DNA from: the human T2T-CHM13v2.0 reference genome, Homo sapiens
DNA length: 64,000 nucleotides
NCBI RefSeq assembly: GCF_009914755.1
Contig: NC_060940.1
Direction: 5' to 3' (one strand)
Shown: positions 1 through 14,242 of the stretch, piece by piece
Layout: every line of letters starts with the position of its first letter
Numbering within the stretch: the first letter of the stretch is position 1
Notes under the pieces: model-generated
The model's input: only the letters and a program-made list of their open reading frames with translations
Told to the model about the DNA's origin: nothing
The model's database searches: none
Program-made: the position numbers and the translations under genes

Positions 1-1
1 T

Positions 2-56
2 ATTTAATTCCATATCCAAACAAAGATTCCATTTAATTCCATATTCAAACAGATTG
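2..56. repeat. Imperfect ~29-bp tandem duplication
   Basis: ATTTAATTCCATAT(C/T)CAAACA..GATT at 2 and 31. Confidence 0.8.
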
Positions 57-59
57 TAT

Positions 60-520
60 CTTCTATTGCCCCTGAGACATTTCTTGAAACTGATCATATT
101 TTGGGTGCCAAAGAAAGCCTCCATGCATTGCAAAATTAGAAATAGTACAGATTGCATTCTCTTATGTCAAACAAAAGAAAAAAAATCTACAGTTTAATAT
201 CCAAAATAGAAAAAAACAAAACCCAACCTTTTGGAAATTTTGAAATTCCTTTCTAAATTGAAACCAAAACTAAAATTTCAGAATATCTGGACTATGATCG
301 AATTTCTATATATAAGATGGCTAAAACCATATTCAGAGAAGAAATCCACAGCTTTAAATGTCGTACTAAATAAGACAGAATGGAAATAAATTGACTAAAT
401 GTTAATTTCAAAAAAAAAAACTTAAAATTATGACAAAGTAAACATAAGCACAAGAATGAAAATGATAAAGTGAAACAAATTTAATAACAGGAAAACAGAA
501 TAAATCCAAGATCTGGGTTC
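60..520 (+). mobile_element. Ancient L1 (L1ME-like) ORF2 endonuclease-region remnant
   Basis: A-rich; GAAACTGATCATATTTTGGG...AAAGAAAGCCTC resembles the coding region for the L1 EN motif KIDHILGHK; heavily decayed. Confidence 0.55.
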
Positions 521-527
521 CCCCCAG

Positions 528-682
528 TTTTATTAAGGTGTAATTAACAAAAGTTATATCCATTTATGATGTACAATGTGAAATGAATCGAGCTAATTAA
601 CATATCTATCACCTCACATTTTTTAATGGTGAGAACATTTAAGGTCTATTCCTTTAGCAATTTTCAAGTAGACATTAACTAT
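528..682 (-). mobile_element. L1MA-type 3' end fragment
   Basis: AGCTAATTAACATATCTATCACCTCACA...GGTGAGAACATTTAAG...TTTAGCAATTTTCAAGTA is the reverse complement of an L1MA 3'UTR. Confidence 0.7.
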
Positions 683-764
683 TTAGTCCCCAAAACCTGT
701 TTTTTGAAGAAACTGTTAGATAGCTATACCCCCAGTCAGCCTAATTGAGTAATGATGGAGACTA

Positions 765-945
765 ATAATAGCTTTGAACACCTAGTATACTACGTGCTGG
801 GCTTAGTGCCCTATGTATATCAGCTCTACTTTATAAGGTAAGAACTATTATTCTCATTTTGCATATGAGGAAACTGAGGCACGGGGTTTAAGCATTTTGC
901 CCAAGGTCTCACAAGTAGTAAATGACTCAACAGTCAGATTCCAAG
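765..945 (-). mobile_element. MIR SINE
   Basis: Core CATTTTGCATATGAGGAAACTGAGGCAC...TTGCCCAAGGTC. Confidence 0.85.
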
Positions 946-1942
946 TCACCAAATTAGAGCTCAAAAGAGGAAGTCATCACAGATGTAGAAGACATTTTAA
1001 ATTTTAAATTTAAATGATACATAGTAACATTAGAAAATTCTCAAACTTGTGACATGACTGCCTCAAAGGTGCTTCATGAAGAAACAGGCTCATCTGTTTT
1101 CCAAGAGCTGAGAATCCCGGGGTAGGGCTGGAGCGACCCGCTGTCACCCGGCCTGTGACCCCGTTTACAGTAGCCTTGGCTCCTCTGTGACAGGTACGGT
1201 ATCTTGTGGAAAACAGAATGGGGGCAACGGGGAGCAGCTTCCCTAAATGAGGAAGCTGGCAACCTTGCGGCTCTGAGAGAAGTGTATTTATTCTGAAACC
1301 TGGCTTAATCCTTTCTTGCTAAAAGATTACCTGAGGCATATCTGACAGAAAAAGCAGACCCCAGTTCCATCTTGTGGAAAGCACTAAGAGCTACTAAATA
1401 AGCCCGGACATTCCCAGCATGAGTGTATTTCATTCCCTTTGAGATCCCACCATAAAATGAAAGTGAAGAAACTCGGTAACATCAGTCGCCCACTGTCAAG
1501 TGCCCACCCTACCATGGTGGAGGAGAAACAGAATGTGAGGTAGATAATTAACGGTCCCATCTTATGCAATCAGTACAGTGAACTAAATGGGGCAGGTTTA
1601 AGTGGCAATTTTGGCTCAAATGCCAGCTCAGCCACCAGTAAAGATGATGGGTTCAGAAGGGTTGGGATCATTTAGAGAAGTGTTTGTTTTCTGAGGCTGA
1701 AAGTGGGAGCTGTAATCTGGAACCTTTCATGCAACATGTGTTTCTGGTTCTTCAGATTCAATTGTTTTTTGATAGAGACATTGCAAATTATGAAAGCACA
1801 GCTCATGACCTAGAAGTTTTGCAGCACGATCGTTTCCCTTCTGGACAACTTCCTACAAGACTCTGGGTTGAAAACAGCAGGATGAATCCAGGCAGAAAGG
1901 AGATGCTTTGAATCTGATTTTTTCCTGCAACTTCCTTTTCCA

Positions 1943-1975
1943 AAATAAATAAATAAATAAATAAATAAATAAAAA
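1943..1975. repeat. (AAAT)n microsatellite
   Basis: Direct reading. Confidence 0.95.
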
Positions 1976-2053
1976 TAGCGGAATGATTCTCCAGCCATTG
2001 AAATCATTAATCTGCCCTCAATTAACAAGATTCTGTTTAGTTTTAAGATTTCT

Positions 2054-2359
<306 letters not shown>

Positions 2360-2544
2360 TTATGTGTGTGTGTTTGTTTATTGACCTATGTGAAAGGAAA
2401 AGGTGTATTCACATTTTTACTATTCACAATTTCTTGACCCATAAGTTTATTTTATGCCAATTTAGACCTTCATGATCACCAATTTCATCCTGGTGATCAA
2501 CATTAATTAACTTTCACTTGCAAGTAGCCATGTCCAGGTCTCCA

Positions 2545-2700
2545 GTGGGAAAGGACAGAGTCTGAGAATTCTCTGAGAGTCTGAGAATATGGGTTCAGGC
2601 CCCATATCTCCCTTTTTCTGGACATGGTCGACTGTTCGGCAAATCACTGATGCTCTTTGAACCGCAGTCTCCTTATCCTTTAAGTGAGTGAATTGGGCTG
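2545..2700 (+). mobile_element. MIR-family fragment
   Basis: GGGTTCAGGCCCC...GGCAAATCACT...GAACCGCAGTCTCCTTATC, degenerate MIR core. Confidence 0.5.
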
Positions 2701-3414
2701 GATTTTTGCAATGCTCCCCTCCACCTCTACCTTTTTATCAGTTCATCTTCCATTTCTGTAACTGCATCCCCTTTCCTTTAAGTGTTTCACTCCCTTGTGT
2801 CTGTCTTTCGAAGAGCTTCTCATTCCCTTGTCTTAAATTTCACTTCTATGCTAACTCCTACACACACACATCTTGATGTATAGACACATGTACATAGATA
2901 AGAATAGATATGGATCCTGTATTGCTATTTAACCACCAGAAACTTGCACTTATCTGTCCTACTATCTTTCATCAAACCCCTTATCCAAATTTTGTAGAAC
3001 TTGCTATTTCCTCCCAATACAGATATTCTCCATTCTGGACTTAAGGTCTCTTCTCTATGGCCTCCCCATTATCCCAGAACCTGCACTAATACTTAATATC
3101 CTTCTTTATCAATTGCCAAGTCCTATTGTTGTCTTCTGTCTTCGGAATCTGACATCTCCTTTCTGCTCCCACTCCCAGGACCCAGTGGCTTCGTTTCTCA
3201 GTAACCACCCACTTGATATCTGGCTCAAACCAGGAGAAAGTTCCCCAACAGGGAGTGGGGACTGCTCACTTGCCTGTCTCACTGTCTGTCATCGAAACCC
3301 ACAAATGAGACAAAGAGATAATGTGGTTTAGGACTCAGCTTTCAGTTCAGAGGAATGGATGGCTGCAGCCCCAGGAAGAAATTGAAAAGCCAGGGAGCCA
3401 GATGCATCCCATGG

Positions 3415-3698
3415 GACCCTGCCCAGAGCTCGGCCACCGATTGCCCGGGACACCCACCCCAGTGTCCGTCAGACCCTGCCCTGAGCCCAGCCGCCAACTG
3501 CCTGGACACCCACCCCAGTGTCCGTCAGACCCTGCCCATAGCCTGGCCACCCACTGCCTGGGACACCAGCCCCAGAGTACATGAGACCCTGCCCGGAGCC
3601 TGGCCACCCACTGCTCAGGACACTAACCCCAGTGTCTGTCAGACCCTGCCCGGGGCCCGGCCACCCACTCCCTGGGACACCTGGCCCAGTGTCCGTCA
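3415..3698. repeat. GC-rich minisatellite, 5 copies of a 57-bp unit
   Basis: Units start GACCCTGCCC at 3415, 3472, 3528, 3585, 3642; most end CCCAGTGTCCGTCA; unit 2 is 56 bp. Confidence 0.95.
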
Positions 3699-3744
3699 GG
3701 AGTTTTGGCTCCATCTTTGCTAAACGCTTTTTGTGATTGATTTC

Positions 3745-3915
3745 ATTTAGCCCTGACACCGTTTCTGTGAGGAAGAGACTGTTGCTGCTTCTGTTTGAGA
3801 AATGACAAAGCTGAGTAGCTAAGAAGTTAAACAGGCCCGTGCCAGGCCAGTGGCAGGGCGGGGGTTAGAGCCAAGGTCTGCAGGATTCCAGATCTGGGCT
3901 CTCAACTCCCTGCAC
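3745..3915 (-). mobile_element. MIR-family fragment
   Basis: AAAGCTGAG...AGAAGTTAA...AGTGGCAGGGCGGGGGTTAGAGCCAAGGTCTG...GATTCCAGA. Confidence 0.6.
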
Positions 3916-3990
3916 TAATCTGCCTTACCTTTTAGACCAGCTCCTTTTGGTTTATTTTTTAACTTCTGTATTCTTTTTTTAAATGACAAT

Positions 3991-4425
3991 TGTGAGACAA
4001 GATAGCAAACATAAAAAGCCATGTTTGCTCATTTCTGCTTGAACCCCTCACTGTGATGAAATGCAGTCCTCTGGAACAATGCCTTGAGAACAAGGCAGGA
4101 CAGAGCCCGCGGCCACCCACATCCTCCCTGAGTCACTACATCCTTGAAAAGATAAATAACCTGAACCTTTGCCTTTGCCTGCACATAAGATAACGTCTGA
4201 AAGGGTAGTCATCTAGAACCAGATGTACTCTCACATCCAAACTTTGACGTGATTTTGCACATACTCAACCGCCGCCACTTGCATATAAGCTGTGGCTGAA
4301 ACTGGTTTGGAGCAATCTGACCCATCTGCTCTGGGCCCTAGGTCTCAGCCTATTGTCCTCATTAAGACTTCTGAATAAAACTAACTTTAATTCTTTAAAA
4401 GCTTAATTTTTGTCTTTAGTCGACA
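3991..4425 (+). mobile_element. Solo ERV LTR (ERVL-class, LTR47-like)
   Basis: TGT...ACA termini, TATAA, AATAAA near the 3' end, 5-bp TSD ACAAT/ACAAC. Confidence 0.75.
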
Positions 4426-4439
4426 ACAACAATGGCTAA

Positions 4440-4799
<360 letters not shown>

Positions 4800-5649
4800 T
4801 GACAGCCCCCCTGTTCTAAGAATGGAAACTTTCTTCTATTTCTGTTGCCTCTGCCTCTGCTCCATTGCATCTTCCCTCCGCATCCTTAATGGAGCTCCTG
4901 AGCCCAGTTCAGGATGGCTGTCCTTAGAATTCCAGAGATTTGGTTGGGGGAGTCGTCTCTCGGGTCATTGCTTCCCATGGGCATGGCACCTTTGATTGAC
5001 AAACACAGAAGGGCTTGTAAACATCTCTTCCTGTCCAGGACTCAACACCTTTTAAGATCCATGGTTTCTAAAGAAAAACCTGGATTTGGTTGAAACCATG
5101 CATTTTGTATGCCATGATTAGGAGGAGAGACAGGGGCTTCTTCCCAAGCTGTGCCCTGCCCTGATCCTGGTGAGGACCCACATGGAGTGAAACCCCTGAG
5201 GGGCACCACAGAGGGGTCGGGGAGGTGTGCGGCAGAGACTGCATGCAGGCCCTGGCATTTCCAGGGTTGTACTCATGCGGGATGGTTCTTTTGAATCCAG
5301 AGGTTTAGTCCCTAACAACTCAGACCTGCACCTGGAGGAGCACATCTTCTATAGGGGATGGCACCTTTTACTTTCACCTTAGAGTCCACCTCCCAGTCCC
5401 CATCCTCCCCGGGCCCCACTAAAAAGAACAGTGACCTAGACTGGGTTGTCCTGATATTTTTCTTGCTGCATTAGAAAAGAATGATGCTATCCTGGCGAGT
5501 TTAGAATCCTTTAAGGAACGCGTGATCAAACGGTGGGACTGCTCACATCGATACTGTCGGGAATGAATGTGCCCCTTCCCTTTTTCTCCCATACCCCAAA
5601 TATCCTTGCGGGTTCCTTTGTTCCTGGGTTCTTCCACTGACAGGATGAG

Positions 5650-5901
5650 CAGGTGACTTCCTGTTGCTAAGGGGATCTATCCCACCAGTAAGTACTACGA
5701 CCTCTGCCCATCCATTTGTAGGACTCGAGTCTCACTATCTGTTCCCTACATGAGGGAGCTGCCTACTAGAACAGCTCTCATTGACAACTGAGTCAGGGTT
5801 CTGTCAGGAAAACCTTCTATCCACTGCAGCAGAATTGAATATCTATAATCACCTCACTCATAAACCTTCACTGGCTCCCTATTTTCTGCCTCTATGAGTC
5901 A
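5650..5901 (+). promoter_or_regulatory. Candidate promoter/enhancer motif cluster
   Basis: E-box CAGGTG 5650, ETS ACTTCCTG 5656, RFX-like GTTGCTAAGGGGAT 5663, GTAAGT donor 5688, AP-1 TGAGTCA at 5789 and 5895; motif evidence only. Confidence 0.3.
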
Positions 5902-6873
5902 GTCCCAGCTATTCACAGCCTTCAAAACAAACACACTTTGGGGGGTCCCCTTGTCTGAAATGCACTTCTCCTTCTGTCTTATTCAGTCCTTCCTTTCTTG
6001 TTTCCTCTTGTCTTCCAGAACTCTAGAGTTTCTACTGGGTTTTATGTTTGAATTCAGGGATTCCATGTAACTCCATACAATTATAGACCACAGATGATTC
6101 CCTGGCGAATTAATGATTCAGAAGGTCAGCACTTTCTTTAGCTGAAGTAGAAGCTTCAGCTTCTACTTTATTGGATTCAGCTCAGTATCCAATAAAGGCT
6201 AAATAAGTTGGGTGTCTTCACCCGGTGCCCACTACAGAGCTGAACATGTCGTAGAGGCTAAATAAATGCTTGCTAATTGATTTAAAAAAAAAGAGAGAGA
6301 GACTGGACAATAAATATCTATTATGAATGGGATTTGCCTAAAGGGAGATAGAATTATCTGATTGACTGAAAATAGGAAAGGGACTAAAGGCTGTTTTGGT
6401 AGTTTTATATGAGTGTGCAATCAGAATTAGAGCAATTCAGTAAACCTGTGCATGTTGATCTTATCTGAAAAATGGAAGGTTAAAAAAAATTCTAAGCCTG
6501 GCGTTTATGTGAACAGCTGATGAATGACTTTAGTAATTTGTAAGCAAAAAGCTTAGAATTCCAACTTTGCTTTGTAAAAATAGCTTGAGTCACATTCTGA
6601 AGCTGGAAGGTTTTAGGCAAATTAATAATACAGGTGATTTTTCAACTTCTGTTGAGTGGGTAAGTAAATAATCTGAACTAGCAGAATCAGCAGTTAGCTA
6701 AGTGGTTCTCTCAAATGCATCAGGGACTGTGCCATTAATTTTCTCTGCTGTGGAGGTGGAGGATGATCCCAACACAATTCCTTCTTCCTTTGGCTTGGCC
6801 CCTTATATCCTTGATAGAGCTTAGTCACAGCTCTTTGATTAAATACATTGTACTGTGAAAGCTTCCTGGGATT

Positions 6874-7838
<965 letters not shown>

Positions 7839-8348
7839 GAGAAGAGGCCCAGAGCAGGAGTGCGGAGTGTGAGGTGAAGCAAACGGCCAGCTTCCCTCTC
7901 CGCGCTTTCCCATTAACTGGAGGACAGGTGCTCTTCCTTAGATCTCTCAGCTCCCTCTCCTCATCAGAAGCAGAGGAACCAGGAGTGACCCTAATCAGAG
8001 TCTAAAATTAGGATCATAAATGAGAAAGGACCCTGAAAAGTATTATAACACTTTAATATATGGTATATAATTATCGAAGTTTACTTGCCATAAGACAGCA
8101 GGTCTGCAGGGTGGTTATCCTATCACACGCTGCAGAAGAATGAAGCTTGATCATTTTTGAATCTTTTAACAGACATTGCATTGTTGTACATGTGGGAGCC
8201 TGACTTTAATATGTCCATGTTGGCATGAAGGAGAGTGATCGCATGGGCCTTGGGCTGACCTCAGCCCTCCCACACAGGAATCTCTGCCAAATCCTCCCAA
8301 TGTTAATACTTCACTTGATGGGTACAAAAATATAGTTAGAGAGAATGA

Positions 8349-8891
<543 letters not shown>

Positions 8892-10572
8892 TCTCATGTA
8901 CCCCATAAATATATATATGCCTACTCTGTACCCACAATAACTTTTTTAAAAAAGGAGAATGCAGAAAAAATTCCAAAATAACAATTACAATAATTCACCA
9001 CATTAGTTCCCCGTTCAAGGACCCTTCCCGGGCATCATTCCCTATGTCCTCACAACTACTGGGTTCCTGCTCTGGGGCCCAGGTGGTTCCCTTCCTCCTA
9101 AACCTGTGGCCCAATGTCCAGCTCAGTTCTTGCCCCTGCCTGACCATGGTGCAGCTGCATGGAAGGCCAATGCACTTGACCTCTGTGGCCAGGGCCGGGC
9201 CAAAGTGTGCCCAGTGGTGGGTGCAGGTGGAAATGATGGGGAGTGGCCCCCCGCACAGCTCAGGCTTGAGGCTTCATGAACCCCATGAACCAGAAGTGGG
9301 GTACGGAGTCAGGCAGCAGCCACTTTCTTCTGTTGCCACAATCCCTTTCAAGGCCAGTCTTGCTGTGTTTGGGGAAATGATGTTTTGGGGTGACATTGCC
9401 TCTCTGGAGGGATATGATACTTCTGACACACCATGTGGTGTCGCCATTTATTTCTATCCCGAGGAGGTGAAGGATAGAAGATCTGAACTCTGAGGAGCAG
9501 GGGGCATCGAGAAAGGGTATTTTGATATGTGAGGCATAAATTGAAGTCTCAGCTGTGCAAGAAGGCAGGAGGTAGATATAGGTTCTCCATCCATGAGGTT
9601 CCTGGATACCTCTGATGTCCTGTTGTCAAAACATGTGTTTAATGCAAGAGAGAAAGAGGGAGTTGTGTTTGGTGAGGGGCAAAGAGAAGACCTTTCATCC
9701 CACCCCCAGTGGCATGGCGAGTAGGTGAGTAGCAGATGATGTCCAGTGAGGCTTCTGGAGAACATCTCTGTCTCCAGTGTGGCCCGGGTTCAGTGCTGGC
9801 TGTAGTGAAACCAAGGTTTGTTGCTCTAGGACCCACCAGGCAAAAGCAAGTTTCCCTTCCAACTAACGCCAGTTCCTGTGGATGTGCTGGGGTCTCAGCC
9901 CCACTCCCCCATCTCAAGCACCTTATCCAGCAGTCATCTCTCTTACCCGCTTTTTCACTGGATCCTTTCTATTAGCATTACAGTTTGCTTATATCACCCC
10001 CATCTTAAAATAACCCTTCCTCCCTCACTCCACATGGCCCTCCATCCAGGCCATTTTCCTCCTCCCATGTGCAGCCACAGTTCTCAGAAGAGTTGTCTGC
10101 ACATATTCCCTCCATTCTTCCACCAACTGCTCTGTCACTGAAATGACTCTTGCTAAGGGCACCAATAATTTTCATGTCGTCAAGTTCAAAGGACATTCTC
10201 TTAGCCTTCATCTCTCAGCAGCTTTTAAACAAATATCCTCTCACCGTTTAAAATACCATCTTCCCTTGGCTCCAGGTCATCACATGCTCCTGGTTGACCT
10301 CCTCCTTCTCGGCAGCTCTCCCTCAGCCTCTTTACCAGCACATCCTCTTCCATTTACCATTGACATGTTGGAGCTTCCCTTGACCTGGCCTGAGGCCCCT
10401 TCTCTGCTTTGTCATCTCTCCCTGGGTGGCCTCATTTACTTGCAGGACATCAATGGCCAATGTGCAACAATGACTCTTACATTTATTTCTTCAGCCCAGA
10501 TCTCACCTCTGATATCAGAGTCATATTCAACTACCTACCTGACAGCTCAGTCAACATATCCAATGTTGAGCC

Positions 10573-11049
10573 TGTAACCACACCAGACCAATCTGGCTTG
10601 GCTTTTTGTGACAAAGCTGTGAGTTGTTTTTCATTTGCCATGGATCTCCGGGTTGAGGTCATATAACCTGAGCATGCCCAGATGAACCAAATGTGCAGCC
10701 AAAGGGGGAACCTAAGTGCTTGGGTGAAGGAGTGGGGACGGAATTAAGTGGACACCACATGGCAGGATCTAGGATCCAATCAGATCGAGCTCTAGAGTCA
10801 CCCCATGGCAGAATCCAGTCAGATCATTCTTCCCAACATCACCTCATTGTGAGATCTAATCAGATCACACCTCATTAACCTACACTTATAAAACCCAACC
10901 AAAACCCCAGGCCGGGGAGACAGATTTGAGCATTTCCTCCTGTCTCCTTGCTGGTTGACTCACAATAAAACTTTTCTTTTCTCAAAAGCCAGTGCCATGG
11001 TATTGGCCTCTGTGCATTGGACAGTGAACCCATTAATTGCTTGGTCACA
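10573..11049 (+). mobile_element. MER66-like ERV1 solo LTR
   Basis: TGTAACC...GGTCACA termini, repeated ATCCAATCAGATC boxes, TATAAAA, AATAAA, 4-bp TSD AGCC/AACC. Confidence 0.85.
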
Positions 11050-11734
11050 AACCCTAGTGATCTTTCTACCAACTTCAAAAATCTTACTTTTCTTCCAGTT
11101 TTCCTTCTGTAACCCATATACCCAGCAGTGGAGGCATCAAATTTGGAAGTCATCACTCCTCCCAGTGAATCAATTGCCAAGGTCTTTCAGTTCTGTTCCT
11201 AATAAATCTTGAATGAACTCACTGCCCCCATTTCCACTGTCCTGATCCAGGCCACTCTCATCTCCTTGCTGGACTTCTGTGATGGGCTCCTGACTGATCT
11301 TCCTGCCTTCATGCTTGCCTCCCTCCAATCCGTTCTCTCACCATCAGCAGGAGATACTTTTTCGAAATGAAAATCTGGACATGGAGGATGAGAGTAGCCA
11401 GGAAAACTTAAAACTCTTTAAACAATAGAAAACCCATTGCTCTAAAATAAAATTCAAGGTCCTTTTCTCAGTTCCATAGATCCACCACAAAGCCTAATTT
11501 ATACCTGTGTTTTTGCTACCTCCTCCTGTTCACTTCACTCCTTTTGCCTGGCTTTCTCCTACTCCGCCATCGGCTCTCAGTGCAAATGTCACTTTGCTGA
11601 GAGCCTTATCGAAACCCCAAGACCAGAGGCCTCCTCATGATACATGCTTTATTCTTTCAGGGAAGTAGAAGGAATAATCATGATTACAACTCAATAATTA
11701 AGTGATTAGTTTCTTAAAACCTTGTGTTACCTTT

Positions 11735-11885
11735 TAAGATAATGAAAATATTCTAGAACTGATTATGGTGATGGTTGAACAACTCTGTGAAAATACTGAA
11801 AGCCTTGAATTGTATACTTTCAGTGGGTGAGTTGTGTGATATGTGAATTATATCTCCATAAAACTGTCTTAAAAAGAAAAAAAAG
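11735..11885 (+). mobile_element. L1MB/MC 3' end fragment
   Basis: GGTGATGGTTGAACAACTCTGTGAA...GAATTGTATACTTT...ATGTGAATTATATCTC followed by an A tail. Confidence 0.8.
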
Positions 11886-12626
11886 ACAGGCCTACATTTG
11901 AACGAAAGCTCTAGAAGAGGCAGGGAACTTGTCTATTTTGCTTAGCATTGATTACCTAGCATACAACGTGGTGACTCATATGAAGTATGTGCTTAAATAT
12001 TGGTTGAGTGGCGGTGAAGGTGAGTAAATGACAAGGCTGCCCTTCTGAGTGGGTGTGGCTTTGTCAATGTTTTGTGTTTCTTAGATTTGAGAAAGATTGG
12101 CTTTAAATATGTTACACCCTATTTTAATGCTTTTTATGGAAATGCCCTGAGACCTCTGTCATGCTGAAAGCAGTGACCTGAATCTAGAGGCCCCAAGCCT
12201 ATCAGAGCCCTGGAGCTGTTGCCTGGTTTCCCCTCCCAAAGCCTTCCTCTTCCAGCACATGGCCAGCTCCAAACCTGCAGATACAGCCAAATGCTTCCAC
12301 GTGTCACAGTACTCATACTGAGGGAACATTCAAAGCTCTGTGCACAACTCACTCCACAGAGTTATTACCTACAATTTCTAGGGAAAGTAAATGCTATAGG
12401 GGAGAGTTCAGCCTGTCCGTATCTTCTTTCTACAAAGCACTCACCTTTATTTATTTTAGAATGGCTCTAAAGGGAACCAAACTCGATCAATGTGTTTGGC
12501 CCCATTTAGTTTCATCTCATTCTACTTTCCTTTCCAGATTGATGACTCAAGATGAAGCAAAATATGCTCTAGTGAGCATGGTAACTGGAAAAATTGCCTT
12601 ATTTTTGTGTTCCCTGGGTGTGCGTG

Positions 12627-12689
12627 TGGACAACATTTAAATAGATGTGTAAGAAGCTTTGGACAACATTTAACTAGATGTGTAAGAAG
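12627..12689. repeat. 33-bp tandem duplication
   Basis: TGGACAACATTTAA(A/C)TAGATGTGTAAGAAG at 12627 and 12660. Confidence 0.9.
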
Positions 12690-13189
12690 AAAGGGTAGGT
12701 AAGTGGACTTCAGAAGGAGGGTTCAATTCCAGCCTCTTTTTTATGGCAGGCCCCTCTTCCCAAGTAGAGGCATCACTCTGGCTTTAAGATTACCGCCTGT
12801 GCACAGACTGCTTGAGACATTATTTTAAAGACTTTCAACTGATGCTCCTTGCTGCTTATTTATGTAAGATATTAATGGGCCAGCTGCGGGATGCATCTCT
12901 GGGTAAAAATACCCATAAGTGCATGTCAATGGCTCTGGGGAGCAAAAACTAGAACTCCTGATTTTGGCTATAAAGCGAGTTCCTACAAATTACTTCTGTC
13001 AAGTGCCAGCCAGGAGCACAGGGCTGGCTGGAGCTTCAGTGGTGGCTCCCATCCAAACGCATGCGGAATTCTCTCTACAGTATAACCAGACTGGCATCAC
13101 ATGGACTTGCTTGATTGCTGCAAGATTTTTAAAGACTTGCTTCTGAATTTTCAATTATTTGTGGCAGTGATTCTCCTAACAGATTGAGT

Positions 13190-13745
13190 GATTCATTCAT
13201 TCATTCATTCAAAAATATTGATTGAGCACTTGTTAGGGATTTAGTAGTGGCCAAGACATGCAAGGTCTCTGTTCTCAAGGAGCTTATATTCTAGTGTGGA
13301 GAAACAGAATAATAAACAGTAAAGATACATAGTAATGTTGGAGATGGATGACAAAGAAAAATAGCAGAGTAGTGGTTAGAAAGTTACAGAAGGAGCGAGG
13401 GATATTGATACAGGGTGGGTCAGAAAAGCTTCATGAACAGGTAACATCTGAGCTGAATTACAGCAAGGAATCAGCCATGCTGTGAGCGAAGAGCCATCCA
13501 GGAAGAGAAAGCTATAATTGCATGGGTCCCAGGCAGGAGCAAGTCCATTGTGTTCACAGAAAGAAGTCCAGAGTTGCTGAACTGGAGTGAACAGAAGCGA
13601 CTGGGTATATGTGAGTTTCGAGGGTGGGGCAGGAGCTAGCTAGGAACCCTGCAGAACTTGGCTAGAAGTTTGGGTTTTGATCTAAGTGCAGTGGGAAAAC
13701 ACTGGAGGTTTTTAAGTGTGCAAGGGGTGGAAGGGTTGACATGAA
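13190..13745 (-). mobile_element. L2a 3' portion
   Basis: (ATTC)n tail, AAATATTGATTGAGCAC, CTCAAGGAGCTTATATTCTAG. Confidence 0.85.
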
Positions 13746-13901
13746 TGCCTTGGTATGGGGAATAAGAGTTTAAGGGACTCTGAAGGGTTGGGAACAAAGA
13801 GGGACAGCTCCTGGTAAAAAGCTCATGGGGGTTTGTGCAGTATCTAAGCCAAGTCCCAGAGTCACTAGTTCTCAGCAGACCACCACCCCTGGCCCCAGTT
13901 A

Positions 13902-14242
<341 letters not shown>

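Larger units (their letters stand above)
9880..12010 (+). mobile_element. L2 LINE (RT region to 3' end), interrupted by an LTR and an L1 fragment
   Basis: ORF 10143 (TLAKGTNNFHVVKFKGH..LSAAF) resembles the L2 RT motif TETAL.KVTND...DLSAAFD; L2 3' end AAGCTCTAGAAGAGGCAGGGA...AAATATTGGTTGAGTG at 11905-12010. Confidence 0.8.

Noticed and set aside
1776-1911. Possible exon after TTTTTTGATAG (DIANYESTAHDLEV...)
   Set aside because: No recognised protein, no good donor and no partner exon
2473-2499. 9-bp inverted repeat TGATCACCA/TGGTGATCA
   Set aside because: Short enough to occur by chance in 64 kb, with no supporting context
9044-9493. 149-aa ATG-initiated ORF
   Set aside because: No recognisable domain or splice context; a moderately GC-rich stretch where chance ORFs are expected
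10143-10577. 144-aa ORF
   Set aside because: Decayed L2 reverse-transcriptase region
12538-12586. Possible micro-exon (CTTTCCTTTCCAG ... ATG|GTAACT)
   Set aside because: Good acceptor but weak donor; cannot be linked to a gene without expression data
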